This document shows positions 1 through 7,881 of a stretch of DNA of 32,000 nt, piece after piece. The first letter of the stretch is position 1. Every line of letters begins with the position of its first letter. The position numbers were made by a program, and so were the translations under genes. The notes beneath the pieces were generated by a model that was not told the origin of the DNA, made no database searches, and worked only from the letters and a program-made list of their open reading frames with translations. This stretch comes from Demequinaceae bacterium. Lineage in GTDB: Bacteria > Actinomycetota > Actinomycetes > Actinomycetales > Demequinaceae. The stretch lies in the NCBI GenBank assembly GCA_965250005.1, contig OZ252279.1:300001-332000 (forward strand). The letters run 5' to 3'.

Positions 1-1
1 T

Positions 2-532
2 CGGACCGTGCGCAACGCGATTTCGGGCCTTGCCCCTGTTGCGGCGGGTGTTGCTTCTGAGGGTGACTCAATGCACAGAAGCGCGGCGCACCGTGACTCG
101 ACCCTTGATGTAATCCGGCAGGTGCCGCCGGACGGCGGGAGTCGACCGCACGGAGTAGGTCCCGAGTGCCTCGACAGGGTCGCAGGGTTCTATGACGTAT
201 ACGGGCGGTTGGCATGGGATCGGCCAGCGATCACGATTACGCACTACGCCCGGAATCCTGCGAGCGGGAGGTATGTACACCCCGAGCAAGACCGAGGATT
301 AACTGCGCGCGAAGCCGCACGTTTGCAGGGATTCCCCGATTGGTATGTGTTTCGCGGAGGCTTCGACGATGTGTTTCGCCAGATCGGCGAGGCTGTTCCT
401 CCCGCGGTAGGGATCGCGGTCGGCGCAAGCATATTGGCGCGATTCTCCTGGGATTTCGATGCCGAGATTGATGAGCTTGATGTGCAACGGCGCGGGCCGA
501 GTTGCACGGTGACGAAGCGCGCGCCGCTGTGA
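2..532 (+). CDS. DNA (cytosine-5)-methyltransferase, C-terminal part only (5' end lies outside the window)
   Basis: The reading frame is open to the window edge. The translation carries C5-MTase motifs IX/X: LTAREAARLQGFPDWYVF and RQIGEAVPPAVG. Glu sits where the family usually has Asn in QxGNxVP. The stop TGA (530-532) overlaps GTG 529-531 of the next gene (GTGA). Confidence 0.85.
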   Translation, partial: RTVRNAISGLAPVAAGVASEGDSMHRSAAHRDSTLDVIRQVPPDGGSRPHGVGPECLDRVAGFYDVYGRLAWDRPAITITHYARNPASGRYVHPEQDRGLTAREAARLQGFPDWYVFRGGFDDVFRQIGEAVPPAVGIAVGASILARFSWDFDAEIDELDVQRRGPSCTVTKRAPL

Positions 533-1602
533 CCTGGAGTTGTGTTGACGCGTTCTCGGGAGCGGGGGGCCTTGCGCTCGGCCTCGAAGGAGTCGGGTTC
601 AGAATCCTGTATTCATTCGACAAGGATGAAACGTGCATCGAGACGATCCGCGCGAATATAGAACTGAATGAGCGCTCGGCCGCGGCCGTAGGAATCGAAG
701 ACTTGCTCGGTGGCGAATTGCTGCGACGCCTCGGATTGGAACCGGGTGAGCTTGATTTGCTCGCTGGCGGCCCGCCATGCCAAGGCTTCAGCACGCAACG
801 TGGCGGCGAAGATGAGGATCTCCGGAATGCGCTAGTGACGGACTATGGCCAGCTTGTTGTCGAGGTGCGGCCGAGAGTCGTGCTGATGGAGAATGTGCCC
901 GGGCTCGGAGGCCGCAGAGGGAGCGCAATCCTTGCAGCGTTGCGAGCGACCCTGGAGGACGCGGGTTACAGACTTCAAGAGACCGTACTCGATGCTCAAG
1001 ATTTCGGAGTGCCGCAACGTCGGCGCCGGATCTTCCTCGTGGGGTTTCGCGAGGACCTTGACGTCGCACTCGGTTTCAAGTGGCCCGTGCCGCTCCGCGA
1101 GCGCAAGACTGTCCGCGAGGCGATTGGCCACCTTCCACCTCCCCCTGACGGCGGCCGGCCGCACCCGTCGATTCCGAATCACCGGGCGGACAATCTTTCT
1201 GACCTGAACAAAGCTCGGCTAAGGGCACTTGGAGAGGGCCAGTCGCGAGTTGATCTACCCGAACACTTGCTCGCGGCATGTCACCTCAGATCCGCAGATC
1301 TGATTGGGCACAGAAACGTCTACGGCAGGATGGAATGGGACTCCGTTAGCCCCACGATCACCGCCAGGTTCGATTCGTTCACTCGCGGGAAATTCGGGCA
1401 CCCTGACCAGCTCAGAACGGTGTCTCTTAGGGAAGGCGCGCTCCTCCAGGGATTTCCGGAGGATTTTGTATTCGTCGGTACCAAAGTAGAAGTCGCGCGG
1501 CAGATCGGAAATGCGGTTCCTCCACCCCTCGCACGCGCAGTGGGATCGTCAATTGCCGCGAGTCTCGCTTCCATTCGCCAGCCAGCGACGTCGGGTTCTT
1601 GA
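529..1602 (+). CDS. DNA (cytosine-5)-methyltransferase (complete)
   Basis: All canonical C5-MTase motifs are visible: I FSGAGGLALG, IV GGPPCQGFS, VI ENVPGL, VIII QRRRRIFLVG, IX LREGALLQGFPEDFVF, X RQIGNAVPPPLA. The ORF track starts at TTG 502. I prefer GTG 529, which gives a 4-nt GTGA overlap with the upstream stop and places motif I about 9 aa from the N-terminus. Confidence 0.9.
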   Translation: MTWSCVDAFSGAGGLALGLEGVGFRILYSFDKDETCIETIRANIELNERSAAAVGIEDLLGGELLRRLGLEPGELDLLAGGPPCQGFSTQRGGEDEDLRNALVTDYGQLVVEVRPRVVLMENVPGLGGRRGSAILAALRATLEDAGYRLQETVLDAQDFGVPQRRRRIFLVGFREDLDVALGFKWPVPLRERKTVREAIGHLPPPPDGGRPHPSIPNHRADNLSDLNKARLRALGEGQSRVDLPEHLLAACHLRSADLIGHRNVYGRMEWDSVSPTITARFDSFTRGKFGHPDQLRTVSLREGALLQGFPEDFVFVGTKVEVARQIGNAVPPPLARAVGSSIAASLASIRQPATSGS

Positions 1603-4600
1603 TGCGGGACCTGTCGCTGAGAGACGATGTGGGAGAGTATTTCGCCGGGTTCTCAAAAATTCTTGCGGGACTCAACGGCGGCGCAGCTACCGAAATGGCG
1701 TCGCGTCCCATTGCGCACAAACTGGTCGAGAGCCTCATTAACTCTTCAAACGCGCGCGCAACTGCAAGGCACGAGACTGCTGGAGCAGCGGGCCGCCCAG
1801 ATTGGACCGTTGAGGACGTGGACGACTTTGGCGTCTACACACTAATTGATCACAAGTCACTGAACCCCAATGGCCGGTATGCGCTAAAGGCAAGAGAGCA
1901 CGAGCAAATCTCGGGCTACCTTGAACTGGGCGTGCCGGTGGTCGTATTTGACGGAGTTTCCTTCGACGTCTACGGGACTGACGCGGGACGGCTGGTGGTG
2001 GTTGACTCGGCAAGCCTTGCGCAGAAACCACTTCCGACTGACGGCAGTGAATGGGTGGTGTCAGAAAGTGGCCTCGCCCGGGTCACAGAGATCTTCAATG
2101 GCTTGACGCGTACCGTTGCAAGGTCGGTCGTTTCGGAGCAACGGGTTGTGGAGACACTCGCCAAGTATGCGCGCCAGATTCGAAGCGTTGCTGGAGAGGC
2201 GCTCGAATTGCAGGACCCAGACGAGGCGAAAAGTGGCAGCGAACGCGAGCTTGTGTTGCGGCTTGCTCGGCTTCGCCAGATTCTCGCGGCCGAGCATGAT
2301 GCAGGGCTGAGCGAAGCAAAGACGTGCTCCGGCTTTGTTGCGCAGGTCTTGGTTTTCGGCTTGTTCGACGCGAGCCGCAGGATGGAACAGTCGCCCGAGG
2401 AGCGAGGTGGCAGCCCGGAGCGGCGCGCGCGCGCGTTGCTCGCCGGCGCGTTGAATTCTCCCACAGTCGGAGTGGAAGGGCCGATGCCAGCGTTCTCGGC
2501 AGTCTTGAATGCACTCGACTCGTGCCTTGGGCCCGACCACCCCATCGGGTTTTGGTACGACGCGGCGTCGCGCTACCTGGCGCACGCTCAGGTTCGTGGG
2601 ATAGACGACTCCGAACTCGATTTCCATATTCTGTTTGAGCGCTTCTTCGTCAGTTTTGACCCCGAGGCCCGGTTTGATCGCGGCGTGTTCTACACACCGG
2701 GAGTTCTTGCCTCTTGGATGGTCGGAGCAGTGGAGATGCTGCGCGCAGAAAAGTTCTCCGAAGAGGCGCAGACTGCGTCCGCGAAGATTGTGGACCCGTG
2801 CGTGGGCACCGGAGGTTTCTTGGAGGCATACATGAAGCACGCTCGGCCAGATGATCGCGCGAGTCTTGTGGGGCTAGAGATTCTTCCCGCACCGCTCGCG
2901 CTCGCGCAAACAAGGCTGGCTACTGCTGCGTCCGAAACGCGATTTGGAGGCTCGATTCGGTTGCACCTCGGGGACACGCTGCGCGATCCACTTGAGGCCC
3001 ACGATACCGGGGTCGAACGTGTGTTTGAAAACCTGATGCGGGGCTTTCAGACAGATGCATCGGCCCCCATTACCGTCTTGCTCGGAAATCCGCCGGCCAG
3101 TATTCACTCGGAAAACTCGACGCCTCGCGACACGGTTGAGAGTCTTCTGGATGGGTTTCGCCCCGTTGGTGGGAACCGTCGAAGCAACGTGCAGAAGGCG
3201 CTCAATGATGAGGCGTACCGCTTCCTTGCCTGGGGGCTCAACGTGCTCGTGGATTCGCAGAGGGGTGTGGTCGCATTCGTCTTGCCCCAGAGCGCAATTG
3301 AGAAGACCTCTACTTCAGCGATGCGCGCAAAGTTGCTCGAGACGTTGGACGAGATCTGGGTTCTTGAGTTGGATGACGATGCTCGGAAGTCTGAGGCAAC
3401 ACAGTCGCTATTCAACGTCATGCAGGGCCGGTGCGTGCTTTTCGGCACGTTGGGGAGCTTGAGTCGGAAACCCCAAGGGGGGCGTGCTCGCGTTCACTTC
3501 ATGTCAATTGCGAATGCGAAGCTGGAGGCGAAGAACTCGTTCCTGAGCTCTCCACCGGTCTTGTCCGATTTCCAGGAACAAGTTCCGTGGGGCGGTCAAA
3601 GGAACCGCTTTGACATCGCCGCTAGCGGATCGCGTGACCTTTGGAACATGTGTTGGCCGCTCGAAGGCACGGTGCTGCACGAGGGGATCTTCGTTGGCAA
3701 GTGTGGTGGGTTGAAGCTGTCACCCAATGCCCTGACCGTTCACTTGGACCGCAAGCAACTGGCCAGACGTGCCCGAGAACTTGGTGCCGCGCGAGTTGCA
3801 GCGGCCAATGATGCGACTTATCGCACTTGGTACGCCGGGCGGTCGAAGCCGCCCCGTGTCACAAAGTTCACGCCTGAAGTCTTGGACGCGCTAGAGGGAA
3901 AGAGTTTAGGAACTGCCTCGCAGCAGTACGCCTTCCGTCCATTCGTCACGTGTGTTGCGCTGCTGGATCCGGGGCTGCTGGCGGCTCTAGGCAATGCGCC
4001 TGGCAAGGGAACGCGGGACCGCCCGGAACTCCGGGCCGCATTTTCCGAAGACGGGATTGGGATTGCGGTGTCCCCCGCGCCGAAAGACCTCGGTTCGAGC
4101 CTGACGCGGTTCACGAGCTTCTGTCATTTCGTTCCTGACAATGACCTGGTAGCTCGCGGCACCGCCGCCGTCTATCCGCTCCGCTGGCAGGCGAAACGCC
4201 CAAATGAGCCTTTGCCCAAGACGCTTCCTTCGAATATCGCTGAAGCCGCTCGGGCAATCCATTGGCCGCACTCGAAGAAGGTCGGCGCCGATGAGTCGAT
4301 GATCTATTACGTGTATGCGATCCTCAATTCGAGCGCATATCTCAGACAGTTTGAATCGATGCTCTATGACTCTGCCGATTCGAATGACCCTGCTCGGGTG
4401 CCGGTGTTTTCAGAAGCGTCTGTTCGGGTCGCGATCCGGGATTTAGGGGTGGAAATTGCAGAGTGTGAACGTGAGGGTGCACCCGGCATTGCCCTCGAAG
4501 GTTGTGATGCGGAGTGGAAGCACTCGGCGTCCGCTCCACCCGAACTGACCGCGTATGAAGGAGTTGAGACCGGAAGCGCGGTATCTCTCCACCTGCGAGG

Positions 4601-4877
4601 ACCGTCGGGGGATCTAGCAACAGTTCATGGAATCCCCAAGGAGGTTTTTGATCTGCGCATCTCGGGCTACAACGTGCTCGACCAATGGCTAAAACTCCGC
4701 AAGGCGCCGTACTTGAACCGCGAGTTTACCCCTGCCGACCTTGAATCGCTTGTTCAGCTTGTTGGGCGCATCGCCCAACAACAGGTCTTGCTGAAGAGGG
4801 TCGACGAGGTTGTTTTGGCGGGGTTGCGGGCTGGTGAAGCGGCGATTTGCAGGCCCGTTGCGATTTCACATCAGTGA
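1602..4877 (+). CDS. Type IIG / type ISP-like N6-adenine DNA methyltransferase fusion protein (N-terminal PD-(D/E)xK-like region + gamma-class MTase + C-terminal specificity domain)
   Basis: ATG 1602 overlaps the upstream stop (TGATG). The SAM motif is IVDPCVGTGGFL and GVFYTPGVLASWMV lies upstream of it. The motif IV position reads LLGNPPASIHSEN, i.e. NPPA rather than NPP[YFW]. The C-terminus, ISGYNVLDQWLKLRKAPYLNREFTPADLESLVQLVGRI, fits the GGYxVxxKWLKxR pattern I recall from type ISP/YeeA-like specificity domains. The N-terminus, DVDDFGVYTLIDHKSLNP...EQISGYL, resembles the MmeI-type D...(D/E)xK nuclease region. No helicase motifs were seen. Confidence 0.75.
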   Translation: MRDLSLRDDVGEYFAGFSKILAGLNGGAATEMASRPIAHKLVESLINSSNARATARHETAGAAGRPDWTVEDVDDFGVYTLIDHKSLNPNGRYALKAREHEQISGYLELGVPVVVFDGVSFDVYGTDAGRLVVVDSASLAQKPLPTDGSEWVVSESGLARVTEIFNGLTRTVARSVVSEQRVVETLAKYARQIRSVAGEALELQDPDEAKSGSERELVLRLARLRQILAAEHDAGLSEAKTCSGFVAQVLVFGLFDASRRMEQSPEERGGSPERRARALLAGALNSPTVGVEGPMPAFSAVLNALDSCLGPDHPIGFWYDAASRYLAHAQVRGIDDSELDFHILFERFFVSFDPEARFDRGVFYTPGVLASWMVGAVEMLRAEKFSEEAQTASAKIVDPCVGTGGFLEAYMKHARPDDRASLVGLEILPAPLALAQTRLATAASETRFGGSIRLHLGDTLRDPLEAHDTGVERVFENLMRGFQTDASAPITVLLGNPPASIHSENSTPRDTVESLLDGFRPVGGNRRSNVQKALNDEAYRFLAWGLNVLVDSQRGVVAFVLPQSAIEKTSTSAMRAKLLETLDEIWVLELDDDARKSEATQSLFNVMQGRCVLFGTLGSLSRKPQGGRARVHFMSIANAKLEAKNSFLSSPPVLSDFQEQVPWGGQRNRFDIAASGSRDLWNMCWPLEGTVLHEGIFVGKCGGLKLSPNALTVHLDRKQLARRARELGAARVAAANDATYRTWYAGRSKPPRVTKFTPEVLDALEGKSLGTASQQYAFRPFVTCVALLDPGLLAALGNAPGKGTRDRPELRAAFSEDGIGIAVSPAPKDLGSSLTRFTSFCHFVPDNDLVARGTAAVYPLRWQAKRPNEPLPKTLPSNIAEAARAIHWPHSKKVGADESMIYYVYAILNSSAYLRQFESMLYDSADSNDPARVPVFSEASVRVAIRDLGVEIAECEREGAPGIALEGCDAEWKHSASAPPELTAYEGVETGSAVSLHLRGPSGDLATVHGIPKEVFDLRISGYNVLDQWLKLRKAPYLNREFTPADLESLVQLVGRIAQQQVLLKRVDEVVLAGLRAGEAAICRPVAISHQ

Positions 4878-5198
4878 GCAGCATCGCTACCTCCAGTGTC
4901 CGTCGCGGATCGCACCGGTCACCTCGTGAGGGCCAGAGCTCATAACGCTCCCGCTGTGGCGAGAGCAGTTCAGTTAGGCCGGTGGGGCGCGGGTCGCGAC
5001 TTTCTCAAAAGCGCGACCGCCTTGCGCGTTTGAGTTGCACCTGCCGGTTTCGAATGTCGTCGGTGCCCGCCCGAAGTGCGAGACCAAGGTGAGGCGATAG
5101 TCGTCATGGGAATCTAGGTGCTTCGGCTACCGCTCGGCACCTGCAATCCGCTCGGATTTGCGTCTCGCATGCCGTAGTTGGGCCATAGAGTCGTAGGC

Positions 5199-6056
5199 AT
5201 GAGCAGCCCTATCACTTGGCCGGACGATCTCGTCGAGGAGATCGCCGAGCGGCGCTGCGTCGTGGTGCTGGGGGCAGGCGCGTCGGCGTCGTCGAAGAAC
5301 AGCGCGGGCAAGCATCCGCCTAGCTGGGCGGGGCTGCTGGAGTCGGCGCTCGAGATGGTGCCCAAGAAGCATGACCGCGATGCCGCCGAGCAGCTCATGC
5401 GCGCCGGCGCGTACCTGGACAGCGCGCAAGTGATCTGGAGTGCCGCACCCCGGGAGGCGTTCGGGCAGTTCCTGCGCAAGACGTTCGCGCCGGGGGAGTA
5501 CGCGCCGTCGGCGCTGCACGAGTTAGTGGCGCGCATCGACCCCAAGGTGGTGGTCACCACCAACTACGACCAGATCTACGAGACGCACGTGGAGCAGGCG
5601 CTGGGCGCCGACGCGTTCGTGGTGCGCAAGTTCTACGAGCCCGACCTGGTGGACGATCTGCGTTCGGACCGACGCGTGATCGCCAAGGTGCACGGTTGCG
5701 TGTCTGCGCCAGACGACATCATCCTCACGCGCCGCCAGTACTTTGACGCGCGCCGCGAGCACGCCGACTTCTACGCCGGCCTGGACGCGCTGGTGCTGTC
5801 GAACACGCTGCTGTTCGTGGGCTCGGGGTTCGGCAACGACCCGGACATCGACCTGCTGCTCCAGAACGCCAACATCACGGCGCCGTCCAAAAAGCGCCAC
5901 TACGCGCTCGTGCCCGACGGCTGGAATAGTGCGGTGCGGGACGCGCTCAGCTACACGTACAACGTGGAGTTCCTCGAGTACGCGGACGGGAAGTACGAGC
6001 AGGTGCCGGAGGCGCTTGGGGAGCTTGCTGTGCGGGTCGAGGCAGCCAGGGGCTAG
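5199..6056 (+). CDS. Stand-alone SIR2-family protein (SIR2_2-like, predicted NAD+-dependent/NADase)
   Basis: The family signature blocks are present: VVVLGAGASASS...PPSWAGLL, VVTTNYDQIYE (catalytic Asn context), KVHGC (catalytic His context), ILTRRQYF and LLFVGSGFGNDPDIDLLL. There is no second domain. I prefer ATG 5199 (MSSPITW) over the ORF-track TTG 5178. Confidence 0.75.
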   Translation: MSSPITWPDDLVEEIAERRCVVVLGAGASASSKNSAGKHPPSWAGLLESALEMVPKKHDRDAAEQLMRAGAYLDSAQVIWSAAPREAFGQFLRKTFAPGEYAPSALHELVARIDPKVVVTTNYDQIYETHVEQALGADAFVVRKFYEPDLVDDLRSDRRVIAKVHGCVSAPDDIILTRRQYFDARREHADFYAGLDALVLSNTLLFVGSGFGNDPDIDLLLQNANITAPSKKRHYALVPDGWNSAVRDALSYTYNVEFLEYADGKYEQVPEALGELAVRVEAARG

Positions 6057-6172
6057 GCGCCCCCTGAGCCCCCGTTCGGGCGTGTCTCATTTTCAGTGGG
6101 ATGTTGGGCCGCGTTCCCCAACACTCGTAACCGACCCGCGACGCGTTGGGTGGACCCGTGTACGTTCGACAC

Positions 6173-6964
6173 ATGGCACACAACACAGGTACGCGTCGCG
6201 TTGTTGCAATCCTCATGGGGGCGGCGATCGCGTTGGCGGGCTGCTCGTCGGCGTCACCGTCGTGGTTGTTCTCCGTGACGGTCAACAACGCGACGGCTTC
6301 CGATACTGAACTCGTCCTGCACGACGTTTCCGACGGGGGTGCAGTAGCGTTCTCGGACCGGCCAGACCGCAACGTTCACAGCGTCGACCTCGAGATGCTG
6401 CCGACCGTATGGTCCGACGCGGGATTTGACGAGGACGCCCCAAACGCTGCGCTCTCCGCACAGTCGGCAGATGGACGGACGGTCGACAATATCATCGTCG
6501 AACTCACTGCCGTCCGCCTCGAAGGAGGGGACCTGGTCTTTGACGTCGTGTGGCTTGATGGCGTTCCCTCAGCGACCGCGCTCTCCGCTGTCGTGCTCGT
6601 CATTGATGACACGGCAGGCACATACAGCCCACCGGAGTGCCCAGCAGTGGAAGTCGTCTCGTTCGCCGCCATGGAGTTGGCGCAGTTCGACGACAGCACG
6701 ATGGTGTACGTGTCCGGGATCGCCTGCACCAAGGATGAGGCAGGAGCGGTGCTCACGGCACAGTTGGGGGGCGAGGGCCCGCAGCGCGCCGACGGCATGA
6801 TGACCACCACGACAAACGGCGCCGCATGGACGTGCGATTGGTCGCAATACATCAAGGTCACCGAGGAGTTGAAGGCTCAGGCCACGCGGTGGATCACGTG
6901 CTCGGACGACGCAGGCGCGACCATCAAGATTCAGGGCGGCGAAGAGGAAGAAGCAACCTTCTAG
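6173..6964 (+). CDS. Putative secreted lipoprotein, unknown function
   Basis: The N-terminus MAHNTGTRRVVAILMGAAIALAGCSS has a positive n-region, a hydrophobic core and a LAGC lipobox. I prefer ATG 6173 over the ORF-track TTG 6146. The acidic C-terminus ends GGEEEEATF. Confidence 0.7.
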   Translation: MAHNTGTRRVVAILMGAAIALAGCSSASPSWLFSVTVNNATASDTELVLHDVSDGGAVAFSDRPDRNVHSVDLEMLPTVWSDAGFDEDAPNAALSAQSADGRTVDNIIVELTAVRLEGGDLVFDVVWLDGVPSATALSAVVLVIDDTAGTYSPPECPAVEVVSFAAMELAQFDDSTMVYVSGIACTKDEAGAVLTAQLGGEGPQRADGMMTTTTNGAAWTCDWSQYIKVTEELKAQATRWITCSDDAGATIKIQGGEEEEATF

Positions 6965-7030
6965 CCCCCGGCACGACGCGTCCGGTGTCGCGACGACCAC
7001 ACCGGCGACGGATCTACAGACGCGCAATAG

Positions 7031-7099
7031 TGGATCACGTGCACGGACGGCGATGGCACAAACATCAAGATCGAGGGCAACGAAGTAGAGGAATTCTAG
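7031..7099 (+). pseudogene. Degenerate duplicate of the 3' end of the upstream lipoprotein gene (gene fragment)
   Basis: The fragment translates as WITCTDGDGTNIKIEGNEVEEF*, against WITCSDDAGATIKIQGGEEEEATF* at the end of CDS 6173-6964. The first 12 nt (tggatcacgtgc) are identical. An in-frame TAG lies immediately upstream, so it is not part of an ORF. Confidence 0.55.
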
Positions 7100-7137
7100 G
7101 CCGAAGGCCTTGGCCCCGCCGATCCCACGAGCGGCGT

Positions 7138-7749
7138 TCAGCGTGCCGACAGCGCGAGGCGCCCGGCGAGCGCGACGTACGTCGCGGCGAACGTCATGCG
7201 CATCCCGTGAATCACGCGAGGCCGCGCGATTATGCGCGTGCGTACGGCTCCGGCGAACACCCCGTAGAGCACGAACACGGCGAACGTCACCGCCATGAAT
7301 ACCGCGCTGAGCGCCAGCATTTGCCCCAGTTGCCCCGGCCGCGTGGTGTCCACAAACTGAGGCAGAAACGCGAAGAAGAAGATGGTGAGTTTGGGGTTGA
7401 GGAGGTTGATCAGCACCGCTTGACCGATCACGCGCGGCACCGACACCGGAGACGCCGCATCGTCGACCTCAACCGCGGATCGATCCCGCCACGTCTGCCA
7501 CGCGAGGTACAGCAAGTACGCGACGCCCAGCCACTTGACGACCTGGAACGCAACCGCGCTGGCGTGCAGGATCGCCGCCGCACCTGTGATGGCCGCGACC
7601 ATGTGCGGCACGATGCCGATGGTGCAACCGAGCGCAGCGACCACGCTCGCGCGCCCGCCCCGCGTGAGTCCAGTCGAGATGGTGTAGATCACGCCTGCGC
7701 CAGGGGTGACCACAACAACCAAAGTGGTCAGCAAGAAGGCGGCATCCAT
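7138..7749 (-). CDS. LysE/RhtB-family amino-acid exporter
   Basis: This is a 203-aa polytopic membrane protein. Its N-terminus, MDAAFLLTTLVVVVTPGAGVIYTISTGLTRGGRASVVAALG, is typical of LysE/RhtB translocators, and the size and hydrophobicity fit. Confidence 0.9.
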   Translation of the reverse strand: MDAAFLLTTLVVVVTPGAGVIYTISTGLTRGGRASVVAALGCTIGIVPHMVAAITGAAAILHASAVAFQVVKWLGVAYLLYLAWQTWRDRSAVEVDDAASPVSVPRVIGQAVLINLLNPKLTIFFFAFLPQFVDTTRPGQLGQMLALSAVFMAVTFAVFVLYGVFAGAVRTRIIARPRVIHGMRMTFAATYVALAGRLALSAR

Positions 7750-7881
7750 GAGGCGTCTCTCTCGGTTGCTCGGCGGTGTGCACCGACGCTACCACCGGGC
7801 GCCGCGCGAGATGCCGGGGACGGGCGTCGCCGTCAGCAGGGAGCGCCCACCTTGCGTACAGAGTCATCGACCCCGCGGTGG

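Noticed and set aside
237-794. 185-aa minus-strand ORF across the two C5-MTase genes
   Set aside because: It is antisense to genes carrying complete C5-MTase motif sets, and its composition is Pro/Ser/Arg-rich junk.
4992-5018. GGTCGCG...CGCGACC hairpin 115 nt after the large MTase gene, as an intrinsic terminator
   Set aside because: The 7-bp stem has a 13-nt loop and no following T-tract, so the support is insufficient.
5046-5056. ggtttcgaatg resembling a tRNA T-loop (GGTTCGAAT), as a possible tRNA-derived att site at the island boundary
   Set aside because: The flanking bases do not form a T-stem or acceptor stem. No tRNA-like cloverleaf can be drawn.
7098-7110. aggcc-gaa-ggcct hairpin between the convergent lipoprotein remnant and the LysE gene, as a bidirectional terminator
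   Set aside because: The stem is only 5 bp with a 3-nt loop and no T/A tracts. It is too weak to call.
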